Shown here: piece by piece, positions 1 to 9,087 of the stretch
How the letters are laid out: the number at the start of each line of letters is the position of its first letter
Position numbering within the stretch: position 1 is the stretch's first letter
Origin: Candidatus Heimdallarchaeota archaeon
GTDB lineage: Archaea; Asgardarchaeota; Heimdallarchaeia; Hodarchaeales; Hodarchaeaceae
NCBI GenBank assembly: GCA_048881705.1
Contig: JBHLSH010000021.1
Location: 1 to 46,670 of the forward strand
Direction: 5' to 3'
Length of the DNA: 46,670 nt
Position numbers and translations under genes: made by a program
Notes under the pieces: model-generated
Told to the model about the DNA's origin: nothing
The model's input: the letters and a program-made list of their open reading frames with translations, nothing else
The model's database searches: none

Positions 1-107
1 TTTAATAGCCATTAAATCACTGAAATCTTTATATGTCAAGAGGAGAGGTGAATAATTGAACCTTTAGAGATGTAGCAATTCAATCTACCGGATTAGACCC
101 TGGAGAA

Positions 108-1424
108 TTGATGGTGCGATCTAAGGTAAAGAATAAGCGAGATTTGTTCATATTAATTGTTCTTTCATCCTTCTTTATGTTTTACTTATCTAGTGCTATT
201 TGGGGCTTAGTGGCACCAATATCCTATATAAGGGTTGGCCAAACAGTGGCAGAATATCAGGGAGGTGATGGCATAGACCTGGAAGCCCAAGCTTGGCTGA
301 ATATCGACATTGCAAAAGCGGCGTTTGAAACCTTGCCAATGAATAGATCCCGTATCGCTATTATTGACTCCGGCTTGGCCACAAAAGCTTGGACCTACAT
401 TGAGGCAAACTCAAACAGCCATGTGGTTAAATATGTTCGCTGTAACGAAGTTTTTAATCTGTGGCCTCCTCCTTTTTTTTGGAAATGGGATGGTACTTAC
501 TCCGTGGCTTCGGATCCAAATGATCCTATTGTAACTGACATTAATGGCCACGGAACCGCAGTTACCTCAATACTTGCTAACGCCTTACCTAATGCGGAAA
601 TAATTTTCATTTCCATTCAACGTGGCCATCCCTCCATGGTAGAGGGAGCCTTTCGCTGGATTAAGGCCAACTATAAAGCATTCAATATTAAGACGGTTTC
701 AATTTCCACTGGGGCGAGCTCTGATTACGAGAGATTCCATGACGAAATATCATATCTTTACGATAATGGAGTTACCATTGTGTGTGCAGCTGGTAATAGC
801 GGTACCTCAGAGGCTAACTGCTATCCAGCTGGGTTTTCTGAGACATTAACAATAGGCGCTCACTATGATGATCCAGATGGTTTCTTGGAGGACGGAACCA
901 TCTTAAGGGAAGCGGGAAATATTGTGACGTCAAAGCGCTCAACATCCGGACATGCTACTTCATGGAGCTCGAAGTGTGGACCAATGCTCGATTTCGTCGT
1001 TCCTGGCTTCGATATTGAGTTTCTACAAGTATCTAACAACGATGATGGATATATAAGATTCTGTGTTGGAGGAGGGACTAGTTTTTCGACTCCCCTCGCA
1101 GCTGCAATCGCATCATGGGTAATCGATGTGTATTGCTGCTTTCATGCCCGTCCAGAATGGGGCGATAACTCTTCATCCAGCTCCCTCTTTCATGGGGATA
1201 TTACACATATAAAACACGAATATCCCTCTCCTGAAACAGTCCATTTGATTCTGAGTCAGACTGCGGAATTTTACAACGCTATGCCTAATACAGAAGATCG
1301 TGTCCCTCAACCCAAACCTCTTGGTTATAGAATTTTCCATCCAGATCTGTTCGTTTGGAACAAATGGGTTGGATATGGAGTACTGGATGCTTACGACGCC
1401 ATATTATTGGCCATGGTGTACTGA
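108..1424 (+). CDS. Subtilisin-like S8 family serine peptidase with N-terminal signal/membrane anchor
   Basis: Catalytic motifs in order: IAIIDSG (Asp), HGTAV (His), AAGNSG (oxyanion Asn), GTSFSTP (Ser). C-terminal GYGVLDA. Hydrophobic N-terminal segment. The start could be TTG108 or ATG111 (GGAGA at 102-106). Confidence 0.92.
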   Translation: MMVRSKVKNKRDLFILIVLSSFFMFYLSSAIWGLVAPISYIRVGQTVAEYQGGDGIDLEAQAWLNIDIAKAAFETLPMNRSRIAIIDSGLATKAWTYIEANSNSHVVKYVRCNEVFNLWPPPFFWKWDGTYSVASDPNDPIVTDINGHGTAVTSILANALPNAEIIFISIQRGHPSMVEGAFRWIKANYKAFNIKTVSISTGASSDYERFHDEISYLYDNGVTIVCAAGNSGTSEANCYPAGFSETLTIGAHYDDPDGFLEDGTILREAGNIVTSKRSTSGHATSWSSKCGPMLDFVVPGFDIEFLQVSNNDDGYIRFCVGGGTSFSTPLAAAIASWVIDVYCCFHARPEWGDNSSSSSLFHGDITHIKHEYPSPETVHLILSQTAEFYNAMPNTEDRVPQPKPLGYRIFHPDLFVWNKWVGYGVLDAYDAILLAMVY

Positions 1425-1601
1425 GATACGATCCACTATTAATTTTTCTTGATTCATGAGTGGAGTGATTTAATCCTAGAATTCTCGTAGATTAGATTAC
1501 GAATTGATCAAAAAATTACTTATATCGTAAACATTGTGCTAAGTTGTAATTAAGGGACCTCTTCCCGAATGATAATTAATTCAGGATAACGGCAAAAATC
1601 A

Positions 1602-2423
1602 ATGAATTGGAGACAAAAGGGGAATGAATCCTTGAATCAAAGGTTAACATTGAATAAAAACCAAAATTCGCTTAATCAAATACGAATTCTGCATATCGAC
1701 TCCGAAAAACAGTTTCTTGAGTTGACAAGAGATCAACTTAACCGACTTATGGACAACATCATGATTACCTCCCTTTCTTCCCTTTCGAACCTAGATGCAA
1801 TAGTTGGCCTTAAAGAGTTTGATTTGATCATTAGTAACAGCTTAGAACCGATAAATAGTGTTAGAAAATGGGAGATACCTATTCCATTTGTTGTTTTTTC
1901 GGAGGCTGATGGGGGAGATATGGCAGTAAGAGCTGTCAATTTGGGGGTCGATTACTTCCTTCCAAAAGGAGACTCATCAGAGATTGTTTTCAGGAAACTG
2001 TCCAGTATAATCTCAAGACTTGTCCATGAGAACAGGTTACTATTATCAAAGAACGCGCAGGCCCGATCAAACCAACTAATGATCGATAGTTTTCCGAATA
2101 TTATGGCGCTAATTTCGTTCAAAGCTCGTGAGATTGTGGCTTCTAATAAGGCTGCCAGGTTGATCGGAGCTGAACCTGGCACTAGATGTTTTGAACATTT
2201 CTTTGGCAGGAACGGTCAGTGCCCTTGGTGTAAAACACCCGAATTAGAGAAAGATTCAGAGGATCAATACATTGAAGTAGTAAAGATGGGGAAACAATGG
2301 GCCTGCTACTGGTTTTATGTTTCCGAAGAATACTACATGCACTATATTGAGGACGTTACAAAAAAGCAAATCCTCATAGAGGAATGGGAAAATCAACAGA
2401 AGAAAACGATCAGGGCAAATTAA
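1602..2423 (+). CDS. Atypical response-regulator receiver domain plus PAS-like domain
   Basis: Receiver pattern ILHIDSE...FDLIISN...IPFVVFS...AVNLGVDYFLPKG, followed by PAS-like LMIDSFPNIMALIS...IVASNKAA...CFEHFFGRNGQCPWC. Confidence 0.8.
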   Translation: MNWRQKGNESLNQRLTLNKNQNSLNQIRILHIDSEKQFLELTRDQLNRLMDNIMITSLSSLSNLDAIVGLKEFDLIISNSLEPINSVRKWEIPIPFVVFSEADGGDMAVRAVNLGVDYFLPKGDSSEIVFRKLSSIISRLVHENRLLLSKNAQARSNQLMIDSFPNIMALISFKAREIVASNKAARLIGAEPGTRCFEHFFGRNGQCPWCKTPELEKDSEDQYIEVVKMGKQWACYWFYVSEEYYMHYIEDVTKKQILIEEWENQQKKTIRAN

Positions 2424-2532
2424 ATATCAGTTTTTTTTTACATAAATTGCCAGTAAAACAATTAAAATTGTGTTTTACACCTTAATACGGTTGCCCAAGG
2501 GCCTCCTGTCCCCGTAGAAATACGGACAAGTA

Positions 2533-3276
2533 GTGGGTATAATGAAATCATATGAGGTTATATCGCTAGATCTCTTTAGTACTTTGGTTTACGTTGAAAC
2601 TGAAAACTACAACCCTTGGGCTACATTGGAAGATGCGATCGTTCATACTCCCTATTATAAGGAAGACATTCATCCCTACGTTTCTGTTGAAGAGCTATCA
2701 GAAGCATACTATTCCCAAATTCGTCAATTAATGGAAAATAAGGCACGTGAGGTTGAGTTTTCAAATATCGACGTAATATTGGATGTCTTTTCGAGGTATG
2801 GCATCGATTCAGATTTAACACATTTACACCAGATTGCATCAACTATTATTCAAAACTATTTTAACAATATACTTCAATTGATCAAGATCTACCCTGAAGT
2901 CCATGAAACGCTTGAATATTTACGAAATCGAGGTTATACCCTGGTTTTATCTTCAAATCATTCATTTCCTCAAAACGGTTGGAGTGTTTTAGAGAAATAT
3001 GACCTTGGGTCCTATTTCACTCAGATTACATTCTCAGGGCAGATTGGCTGGAGGAAGCCAAGTAAGAAATTCTTTACCAAAGCGTTATCAGGAGTTTCCT
3101 ACACTGATAAACAACGAATTATCCATGTTGGCGATGACCCGCTTTCAGATGTCCGTGGAGCTATGGCTTTTGGTATCCACGCTTTATGGATTCGTTCACC
3201 TGACCAAAAGGAACGAACGATCGAGGGGGTAATAGCGATCATTGAGGAATTTCGGCAGCTCCCTAAATATGTCTGA
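2533..3276 (+). CDS. HAD-superfamily hydrolase
   Basis: Motif I SLDLFSTL, motif II LSSN, motif III WRKP, motif IV HVGDDPLSDVRGA. ATG2542 is an alternative start. Confidence 0.9.
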   Translation: MGIMKSYEVISLDLFSTLVYVETENYNPWATLEDAIVHTPYYKEDIHPYVSVEELSEAYYSQIRQLMENKAREVEFSNIDVILDVFSRYGIDSDLTHLHQIASTIIQNYFNNILQLIKIYPEVHETLEYLRNRGYTLVLSSNHSFPQNGWSVLEKYDLGSYFTQITFSGQIGWRKPSKKFFTKALSGVSYTDKQRIIHVGDDPLSDVRGAMAFGIHALWIRSPDQKERTIEGVIAIIEEFRQLPKYV

Positions 3277-3584
3277 TTCTCCCCAAAATTATGGGGCCTC
3301 CGTTTTAGTCACGGTACGACCTGTTAATGAATTTTACAACTTCCTATGTCCCTTCCAGTAAAAATAACACATCATGGCCAAAAAAATCAGAAAATAAAAC
3401 TCCATATCATTGTGACATCCACGAAAGACCATACATATCAAGCAGCATGACGAATTGGGATTTTTCCATATTTATGGTCGCGGAATTGAATTTGTCCTCT
3501 AGAAATTAGTATAAAAATCCACAGCAACTTACACTTCAGCCTTTTATATATGAAAATGGGTTATGAATCAGGTGTGAAACAGGA

Positions 3585-4016
3585 GTGAAACAGTTTATAG
3601 TTCATCTTGATGAGACTCTTAAAGTAGAGCTGCTCGCTTCTATAGGAAAGTCTTTAGGAGCTGCCAACATTAATATCCTATCGGCTTGTGAGACTACAAC
3701 CTTTGGGGTCTCTACAGCTATCCTATTGGTTAATCCTCACGACGAAAAACGGGCTATTGAGGTTTTACGAGGAAGCAAGATTGCCTTCAGTGCTCAAGAT
3801 GTCCTGATCGCCTCATTCCCGAATAAACCTGGAACACTGGGTAATTTTTCTCAACTCCTAGGAGATCAGGAAATCCAAATCCAATCATTCTATCTACTGC
3901 CTGCATCCTCTAGTACTCGCACAGAATTTGCCATTTCCGTTAAAGAAGCCGATTTTGAAAAAGCCAAATCCTTTCTAGATGCTTCAGGATTCTTAAGAAC
4001 ATTCGACGGAATTTAA
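3585..4016 (+). CDS. Tandem ACT-domain protein
   Basis: Two ACT-like repeats (LGAANINILS...; FPNKPGTLGNFSQLLGDQEIQIQSFY). CAGGA-GTG start context. Confidence 0.8.
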   Translation: MKQFIVHLDETLKVELLASIGKSLGAANINILSACETTTFGVSTAILLVNPHDEKRAIEVLRGSKIAFSAQDVLIASFPNKPGTLGNFSQLLGDQEIQIQSFYLLPASSSTRTEFAISVKEADFEKAKSFLDASGFLRTFDGI

Positions 4017-4048
4017 AGTTTTTTCCCTACTTCATTGCTCAGTAAACC

Positions 4049-4861
4049 ATGATTTCAGTTTCTGTCTACTGCATTCTGGTGAAAATCATGCCTGACTGGA
4101 CCAAAGCCTACGAAGAGGCATTTTCCACTCCATTCAACGTTTTCCTCTTGCTTTTGATGTTCATAATGCTCTTATTTTGGTGGTCAGCTCATCTTTGGCA
4201 AACCCCAGAACGGGTGCGCCAACGAGCGAGATTCTTCAGTCCCAAACCTACCCAAGTTCTGCAAAAAATTAGAGTGAATTATCCAAGCCTAGGAAAATAC
4301 TTGGATTTCATTTGTATACACATTTGGCTTTGGGTATTCGCATTAACGATCGTTCTTGAAGTGTATATTTGTGGGCTCCAGGGTAAGGAAGCCTGGCGTT
4401 ATGGAGTGATGACATTGCTTGCCTGGGGAACATCCATGCTGATACAGTTTCTATATCCGGTAATAGTTCCCAATCGTTGGGATCAATTTGGACGGAAACT
4501 TCCTATTGTTCCCATCCGACTAATTAAATTCCCCCAAAGCGATAACGTAAATGGTTTACTCTACAATGGACTTCCGAGTAATCATTTTGGGATGATGCTG
4601 GCTGGGGCACTCCTTTGCCTATTTTTCTATGGTGAAGATCGTTTTTATGGACCTGGATTTTGGGGATGGTTAATCTTGGGTGGATTCTTTGTAATTTTGG
4701 GCATTAGTTTCATCTTTGCTACAATTTATCTGGGGGAACATTATATAATAGACTTTATAGCGTCTGCCTTGGTTTACGTTCCTATCATGGTAAGTACGAA
4801 ACTAATTCTTGATGTCCTTGTTCCTATGTCTCCTCCTTCGATCTTTAACAGCATATGGTGA
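4049..4861 (+). CDS. PAP2-superfamily membrane protein (Aur1/IPC-synthase-like, PAP2_3 type)
   Basis: Several TM helices, LYPVIVPNR, GLPSNH and TIYLGEHYIID (C2/C3 phosphatase-phosphotransferase motifs). The likely start is ATG4088, after GGTGA at 4078-4082. Confidence 0.8.
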   Translation: MISVSVYCILVKIMPDWTKAYEEAFSTPFNVFLLLLMFIMLLFWWSAHLWQTPERVRQRARFFSPKPTQVLQKIRVNYPSLGKYLDFICIHIWLWVFALTIVLEVYICGLQGKEAWRYGVMTLLAWGTSMLIQFLYPVIVPNRWDQFGRKLPIVPIRLIKFPQSDNVNGLLYNGLPSNHFGMMLAGALLCLFFYGEDRFYGPGFWGWLILGGFFVILGISFIFATIYLGEHYIIDFIASALVYVPIMVSTKLILDVLVPMSPPSIFNSIW

Positions 4862-4868
4862 CAGCTTG

Positions 4869-5666
4869 TTGACCAAACGCGATATAAAATTCCTTGATAG
4901 CCTTGACCTTATTGGCATTCTATTTCATCCACGAAAAAACCAAGGAAACGTTGCTCAAACGGAAGAGAAGTTTTCTCTCGCGTTTGAGGTTGATAAGAAC
5001 ATCAGGTTGGGAGGGAGGTTTTATCGAACTCACCTATACGAAACAGCACCCAATCTTCTATTCTTTCATGGAAATGGTGAGATTGCCACTGATTACGATA
5101 ATATTGCTCCAATGTACCAGAACCTTGGAATAAACCTTTCTGTTATAGATTTTCGGGGGTACGGTGAAAGTACGGGAACACCGACGTTTTCGAGCTTATT
5201 AACGGACGTATATGAAATCTTTCCTCAATTTAGTGAGTTCTTGGGTGATAATGGATTTGGAGGTTCCGTCTCAGTAATGGGACGTTCCCTAGGGAGCGGC
5301 CCAGCACTTGAATTAGCCAATCATTTTCAGAAAGATCTTCAATGTCTAATACTCGAAAGCGGGTTCGCGAATACTTACTCACTCCTCCGGCGTCTTGGAA
5401 TATCGAATATACGTTCACATTCAGATAAAGCAGAAGCAATTTCAGCGCTGCCTATTATTAGAGAAATTAAAATACCTCTACTAGTTATTCATGGTGAAAG
5501 GGATTTGATTGTTCCCCTAGAGGAAGGAATTGCATTATATCAAAATGCTGGAAGTAAAAGGAAAGAAATCCTTATTATTCCATCAGCAGGCCATAATGAC
5601 CTCCTCTACTGGGGACGGGATGACTATATGGCGGCCATATCCGGGATTATTCGTGATAAAAGGTGA
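4869..5666 (+). CDS. Alpha/beta hydrolase (BEM46/ABHD13-like)
   Basis: FFHGNGE, DFRGYGES, nucleophile elbow GRSLGS, IHGERD, GHND. The ORF track starts at 4809, but GGTGA (4857-4861) overlaps the upstream stop and points to TTG4869. Confidence 0.88.
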   Translation: MTKRDIKFLDSLDLIGILFHPRKNQGNVAQTEEKFSLAFEVDKNIRLGGRFYRTHLYETAPNLLFFHGNGEIATDYDNIAPMYQNLGINLSVIDFRGYGESTGTPTFSSLLTDVYEIFPQFSEFLGDNGFGGSVSVMGRSLGSGPALELANHFQKDLQCLILESGFANTYSLLRRLGISNIRSHSDKAEAISALPIIREIKIPLLVIHGERDLIVPLEEGIALYQNAGSKRKEILIIPSAGHNDLLYWGRDDYMAAISGIIRDKR

Positions 5667-5673
5667 GGGGCCT

Positions 5674-5700
5674 TTCAAAAAAAAAAGAAAAAAAGGAAAT
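5674..5700 (-). terminator. Oligo-T terminator downstream of dodecin
   Basis: A-rich run aaaaaaaaaagaaaaaaagg on the + strand is a long T tract on the - strand, about 40 nt after the dodecin stop and between convergent genes. Confidence 0.5.
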
Positions 5701-5737
5701 TGTAAAGAAAACGTGTTTCAGAGAAATAGGAGAGGGA

Positions 5738-5953
5738 TCATTGACCTTCGAACTTAAAGCTCAACCGTATTCGAGCTCGATATGCTACGACCTTTCCATC
5801 TTCAACTTTAGCATCGAGCTCGTCTACTGTTACATTCCGAATATCACGGAGTGTTTGTGTTGCTCGTTCAACGGCATTCTTGACCGCATCTTCCCAACCA
5901 ATCTCACTTGTTCCAACTAGTCCAATTACCTTATAGAGAGAGGTATCAGCCAT
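5738..5953 (-). CDS. Dodecin family flavin-binding protein
   Basis: YKVIGLVGTSEIGWEDAVKNAVERATQTLRDIR...V.E...KVEDGKVVAYRARIRLSFK is the dodecin pattern; 71 aa. Confidence 0.93.
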   Translation of the reverse strand: MADTSLYKVIGLVGTSEIGWEDAVKNAVERATQTLRDIRNVTVDELDAKVEDGKVVAYRARIRLSFKFEGQ

Positions 5954-5959
5954 ATTAAA

Positions 5960-5966
5960 TCACCTT
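5960..5966 (-). promoter_or_regulatory. Shine-Dalgarno site (AAGGTGA) of dodecin
   Basis: AAGGTGA lies 6 nt upstream of ATG5953. The same motif precedes the AOR-family gene at 45001. Confidence 0.65.
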
Positions 5967-6311
5967 TTGAATAGAAACCAAGAAATATGGTTTTTTGAAC
6001 AAAAGAAACCTTCCTTAAATAATTTACAATCGATCTACTCTAGAATTGATTTACACAATGAATATACAAAAGGATGAACCCAGGTGGAAAAGATGTTCAA
6101 AGCATATCCAAGGCGATAAAAACATCAGTTGAAGACTTTAACAATCAATGATTAATGATATTGCTGTTAGGAGAATTTGGGGTTCATTCCGCCACGCTCT
6201 TTTAATTCCAGATCATAAACTTTATACCGACATCCTTATTCGAGATTCGCAAAAAACTCGATCCCCTGAATTTAATTACGTCTCCACAAAACTCATATTC
6301 CCAACTCCATC

Positions 6312-7361
6312 TTGACAAACCCAATATGGGTGATCAGGGAAATGCAGGTCTTTCTTCAATCCATCCTGGTCGCAGCTCGCAGACTAAAGGTGATCTCCCT
6401 ATTTATAGTTCTGACAGTTGCTATCGGCACGTTTATGTTTCAGTTTTTCTATTCCCCGTTGTATGACCCTCACTTCAACCAAGATTGGTTGGATTCATCT
6501 TTCGCGATAATTGGTTTAATGTTTGCAATGGAGTTGTATACATTTCCACATACAGGAAATATACTGATTAAACTGATATATGTCCTATATCCCTTTCTTG
6601 GTCTTGCATTAATCGGAGTAGGTTTTTTGGAATTTTCTATGGTTATATTCACACAAAGATACAGATTAAATGTTTGGAATGAGTGGATGGCTCGTACAAT
6701 GGAAGAACATACAATTGTAGTAGGGTTGGGGAATGTTGGGACTAGGGTGATTGAGGAACTGCGATCTCGAGAAATGCGCTCTGTTCTTATTACGGAGGAA
6801 TCTGAAGGACATTCCGAACTCTTAGAAGAGTTATTAGCGGATTCCCATATTTCTGTAGTCTCAGGAGACGCCAGTAAACGTTCTGTACTTGAAGAAGCTA
6901 ATGTAGCTAAGGCACGAGCTATCATCATTGTCAACGACGATGATCTGCTTAATTTCAAAGTGGCAACGTTGGCTAAGGAATTGAATCCGAAGATACGAAC
7001 TGTAATGCGAGTTTTTGATCAAAATTTTTCCGAAAAGGTGACAGATCTCTTTGATGTGGATGCCGCTATTAGTACTTCGGCTATTGCGGCGCCTGTATTT
7101 GTTTCTACCAGTTTTGAATCAGGAATCATTCAAACATTGAGGAAAGGTAATGCAGAGTTTCATTTAATGGAGATAGTTTTTACTGGCAGCTTTGAAAGAG
7201 TAACGGTTCGTGAATTGGAAGAAAAATACGATATAAATCTGCTAGCAGTCAATAAAGAAGCTTATCCCGAACCCCGAATGGTTGTAAGACCTGAGATGAC
7301 AGTTCTCGCATTCGGTCATATTGAGGCGCTAAAGGCCATCAAGGACAGATACGCGACTTAG
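6312..7361 (+). CDS. Ion-channel-like membrane protein with TrkA-N/RCK (NAD-binding) domain
   Basis: Two TM helices flank a pore-helix-like segment, followed by VVGLGNVG (Rossmann GxGxxG), GDAS..SVLEEANVAKARAII, DDLLN and NPKIRTVMR. Confidence 0.85.
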   Translation: MTNPIWVIREMQVFLQSILVAARRLKVISLFIVLTVAIGTFMFQFFYSPLYDPHFNQDWLDSSFAIIGLMFAMELYTFPHTGNILIKLIYVLYPFLGLALIGVGFLEFSMVIFTQRYRLNVWNEWMARTMEEHTIVVGLGNVGTRVIEELRSREMRSVLITEESEGHSELLEELLADSHISVVSGDASKRSVLEEANVAKARAIIIVNDDDLLNFKVATLAKELNPKIRTVMRVFDQNFSEKVTDLFDVDAAISTSAIAAPVFVSTSFESGIIQTLRKGNAEFHLMEIVFTGSFERVTVRELEEKYDINLLAVNKEAYPEPRMVVRPEMTVLAFGHIEALKAIKDRYAT

Positions 7362-7413
7362 AAATAAATGCTTCTGGACTTTGGCTTAGGCGACATAAAT
7401 GGAGTAATGAGAA

Positions 7414-8274
7414 ATGGATCTTGAATTTCATGGAGTTTCAGCTGAAACTATTGAGAATATATGTCAAACCCAGGGATTGAAAGGCCAAGTCTTCCCCCTC
7501 ACCAGCCGTGACGTTATTTGCCCAAAAGAAGAAGGCGTTATGTTGGATGATGGCGATATGTACTATATCATGGAGGAAACGTGCTGGCACGGTTATTATA
7601 TATGTGGAAATATAAGGTGTGGACATGCTTCAGGTCGTTTACCTTCCCCTTCAGGTACTTCCACCTTGGGACGTCTCAGACCGCGTGGAGAGGTATCTAG
7701 GAAAAGGTCAGCGCGACAATGTCGTAATGTAGACTGTGGGGGAACGGATTGCTCTGGAACCGATTGTTCTGGTTCAAATGACTCAGCAGGGGCACTAGTT
7801 ATCTTCTTCTTAATCGTGGCCATCTTTCTCCTCCTCATTTATTTGTCTCCCATATTAGGCCCAGTGGTCGCACTCGGGATCGAACTAGGTTTAACGGTAT
7901 TATTGGGGATTTTTGACCTATTAACATTTGGAATTTTCAGGAATCGCTTCAAACGGGCATTGGTGTATTTTCCTCCAGAAATTGTCCCGTCATCTTCTCA
8001 AATCAACAATCTGGTGTCCGAGATCGCTCATCAAGGTGGTTTAACACATCGTTTTCGTCCTGGTTATGGATCTAGCGGCTTCGGAATGATCAGAATCGGC
8101 GCTTATCTGTTTATTCCGTCCTTATTTGCCACAATTCTAGTCTTATGGTTACAACCCGCGAATGGATTTCTCTTCCGTGTTCCTATTACGGCTTTTATTG
8201 TTTCCATCCTGCTAGTATGGTTTGGAAACTTTCTGGTTGTTCGAAGGGCTCGTATCGTGGCTGGTAGCGGATAA
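7414..8274 (+). CDS. Hypothetical membrane protein with a Cys/Gly-rich soluble segment
   Basis: 286-aa ORF with an ATG start and GGAG upstream, four hydrophobic segments, and a Cys-rich CWHGYYICGNIRC...CRNVDCGGTDCSGTDCSG stretch. Confidence 0.65.
   Translation: MDLEFHGVSAETIENICQTQGLKGQVFPLTSRDVICPKEEGVMLDDGDMYYIMEETCWHGYYICGNIRCGHASGRLPSPSGTSTLGRLRPRGEVSRKRSARQCRNVDCGGTDCSGTDCSGSNDSAGALVIFFLIVAIFLLLIYLSPILGPVVALGIELGLTVLLGIFDLLTFGIFRNRFKRALVYFPPEIVPSSSQINNLVSEIAHQGGLTHRFRPGYGSSGFGMIRIGAYLFIPSLFATILVLWLQPANGFLFRVPITAFIVSILLVWFGNFLVVRRARIVAGSG
7741..7770 (+). repeat. Intragenic 15-bp tandem repeat (2 copies) encoding GTDCS-GTDCS
   Basis: ggaacggattgctct / ggaaccgattgttct, 13 of 15 positions identical. 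Confidence 0.8.
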
Positions 8275-8313
8275 TAGCCAAAAAAGAATGGGGAAGGAAT
8301 TTTTGATCTAAGA

Positions 8314-8988
8314 TCACCCCCGATGTTCTATCCGACTTAAGAGTATTCTTGCTAAAAGAAAACTAATCCAGGCCGGAAGTAGCATCACCAGTGCAAGCGC
8401 GGATTTAAGGAGTTGATCAGATCCGATGACTAGGAATCCCACTCCAAGGAAGAGGGCCGCATGTTGTGACAAGCGAAAATAGCCAGGTAAAAAGAGGAGA
8501 TACCGACTATAGGATAAAGTGACAAGTAAAAACCCCAACAAAATTAATGGAAAAGTACCAAATGAAGTGAATAATGGAGGGGAAATAAGGTATGATAAGA
8601 AGATAATTTCAGAACATGAAAGGCCCAAAAAACTGCCAAAACAACCCACACAAATGAAAACGCCCCGAATGAGGATTTCATGATCCGGACGTAAAGAAGG
8701 AGAGTGATGACTTAACTCGATCGATATTTCCGGCCTCTTCCTCCTCCAAACCAAACGTAAATGTAATAAATCTGGGATTAACATAAATCCAGTGAAAATT
8801 ATTAAATAGAGGACGAATACTCGTGTTGGCCACTCTTGATCTAGTCCACCTGGGTAATTTGGAACGAGAACACCAATTAATAAAACTGAAGTCAAAAAGA
8901 ATAGAAATGGAAAAACGCTAAGAAGTAATTTTATCTGCCCAGAATGCATAGAACTCCCTAGGTTAAAATTTGGGCATGAATCAAGCAT
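8314..8988 (-). CDS. Hypothetical multi-pass membrane protein
   Basis: 224-aa ORF with about 6 hydrophobic helices and no family motif recognised. Confidence 0.6.
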   Translation of the reverse strand: MLDSCPNFNLGSSMHSGQIKLLLSVFPFLFFLTSVLLIGVLVPNYPGGLDQEWPTRVFVLYLIIFTGFMLIPDLLHLRLVWRRKRPEISIELSHHSPSLRPDHEILIRGVFICVGCFGSFLGLSCSEIIFLSYLISPPLFTSFGTFPLILLGFLLVTLSYSRYLLFLPGYFRLSQHAALFLGVGFLVIGSDQLLKSALALVMLLPAWISFLLARILLSRIEHRG

Positions 8989-9087
8989 GCCCTCTTCATT
9001 TCGCTGTTCCTAAGGACATACCAAGGTTCTTTTTAAATCCGCGTTAGAAAATAAAGAAAGGATGAGGGTAGAGAGGTAATCCATCAT

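Noticed and set aside
5663-5920. 85-aa + strand ORF
   Set aside because: It is antisense to the well-supported dodecin and begins in an A-tract terminator region.
7741-7770. Tandem repeat considered as a CRISPR remnant
   Set aside because: Only two adjacent 15-bp units with no spacer, in frame within a CDS. No CRISPR array or cas gene was seen in the window.
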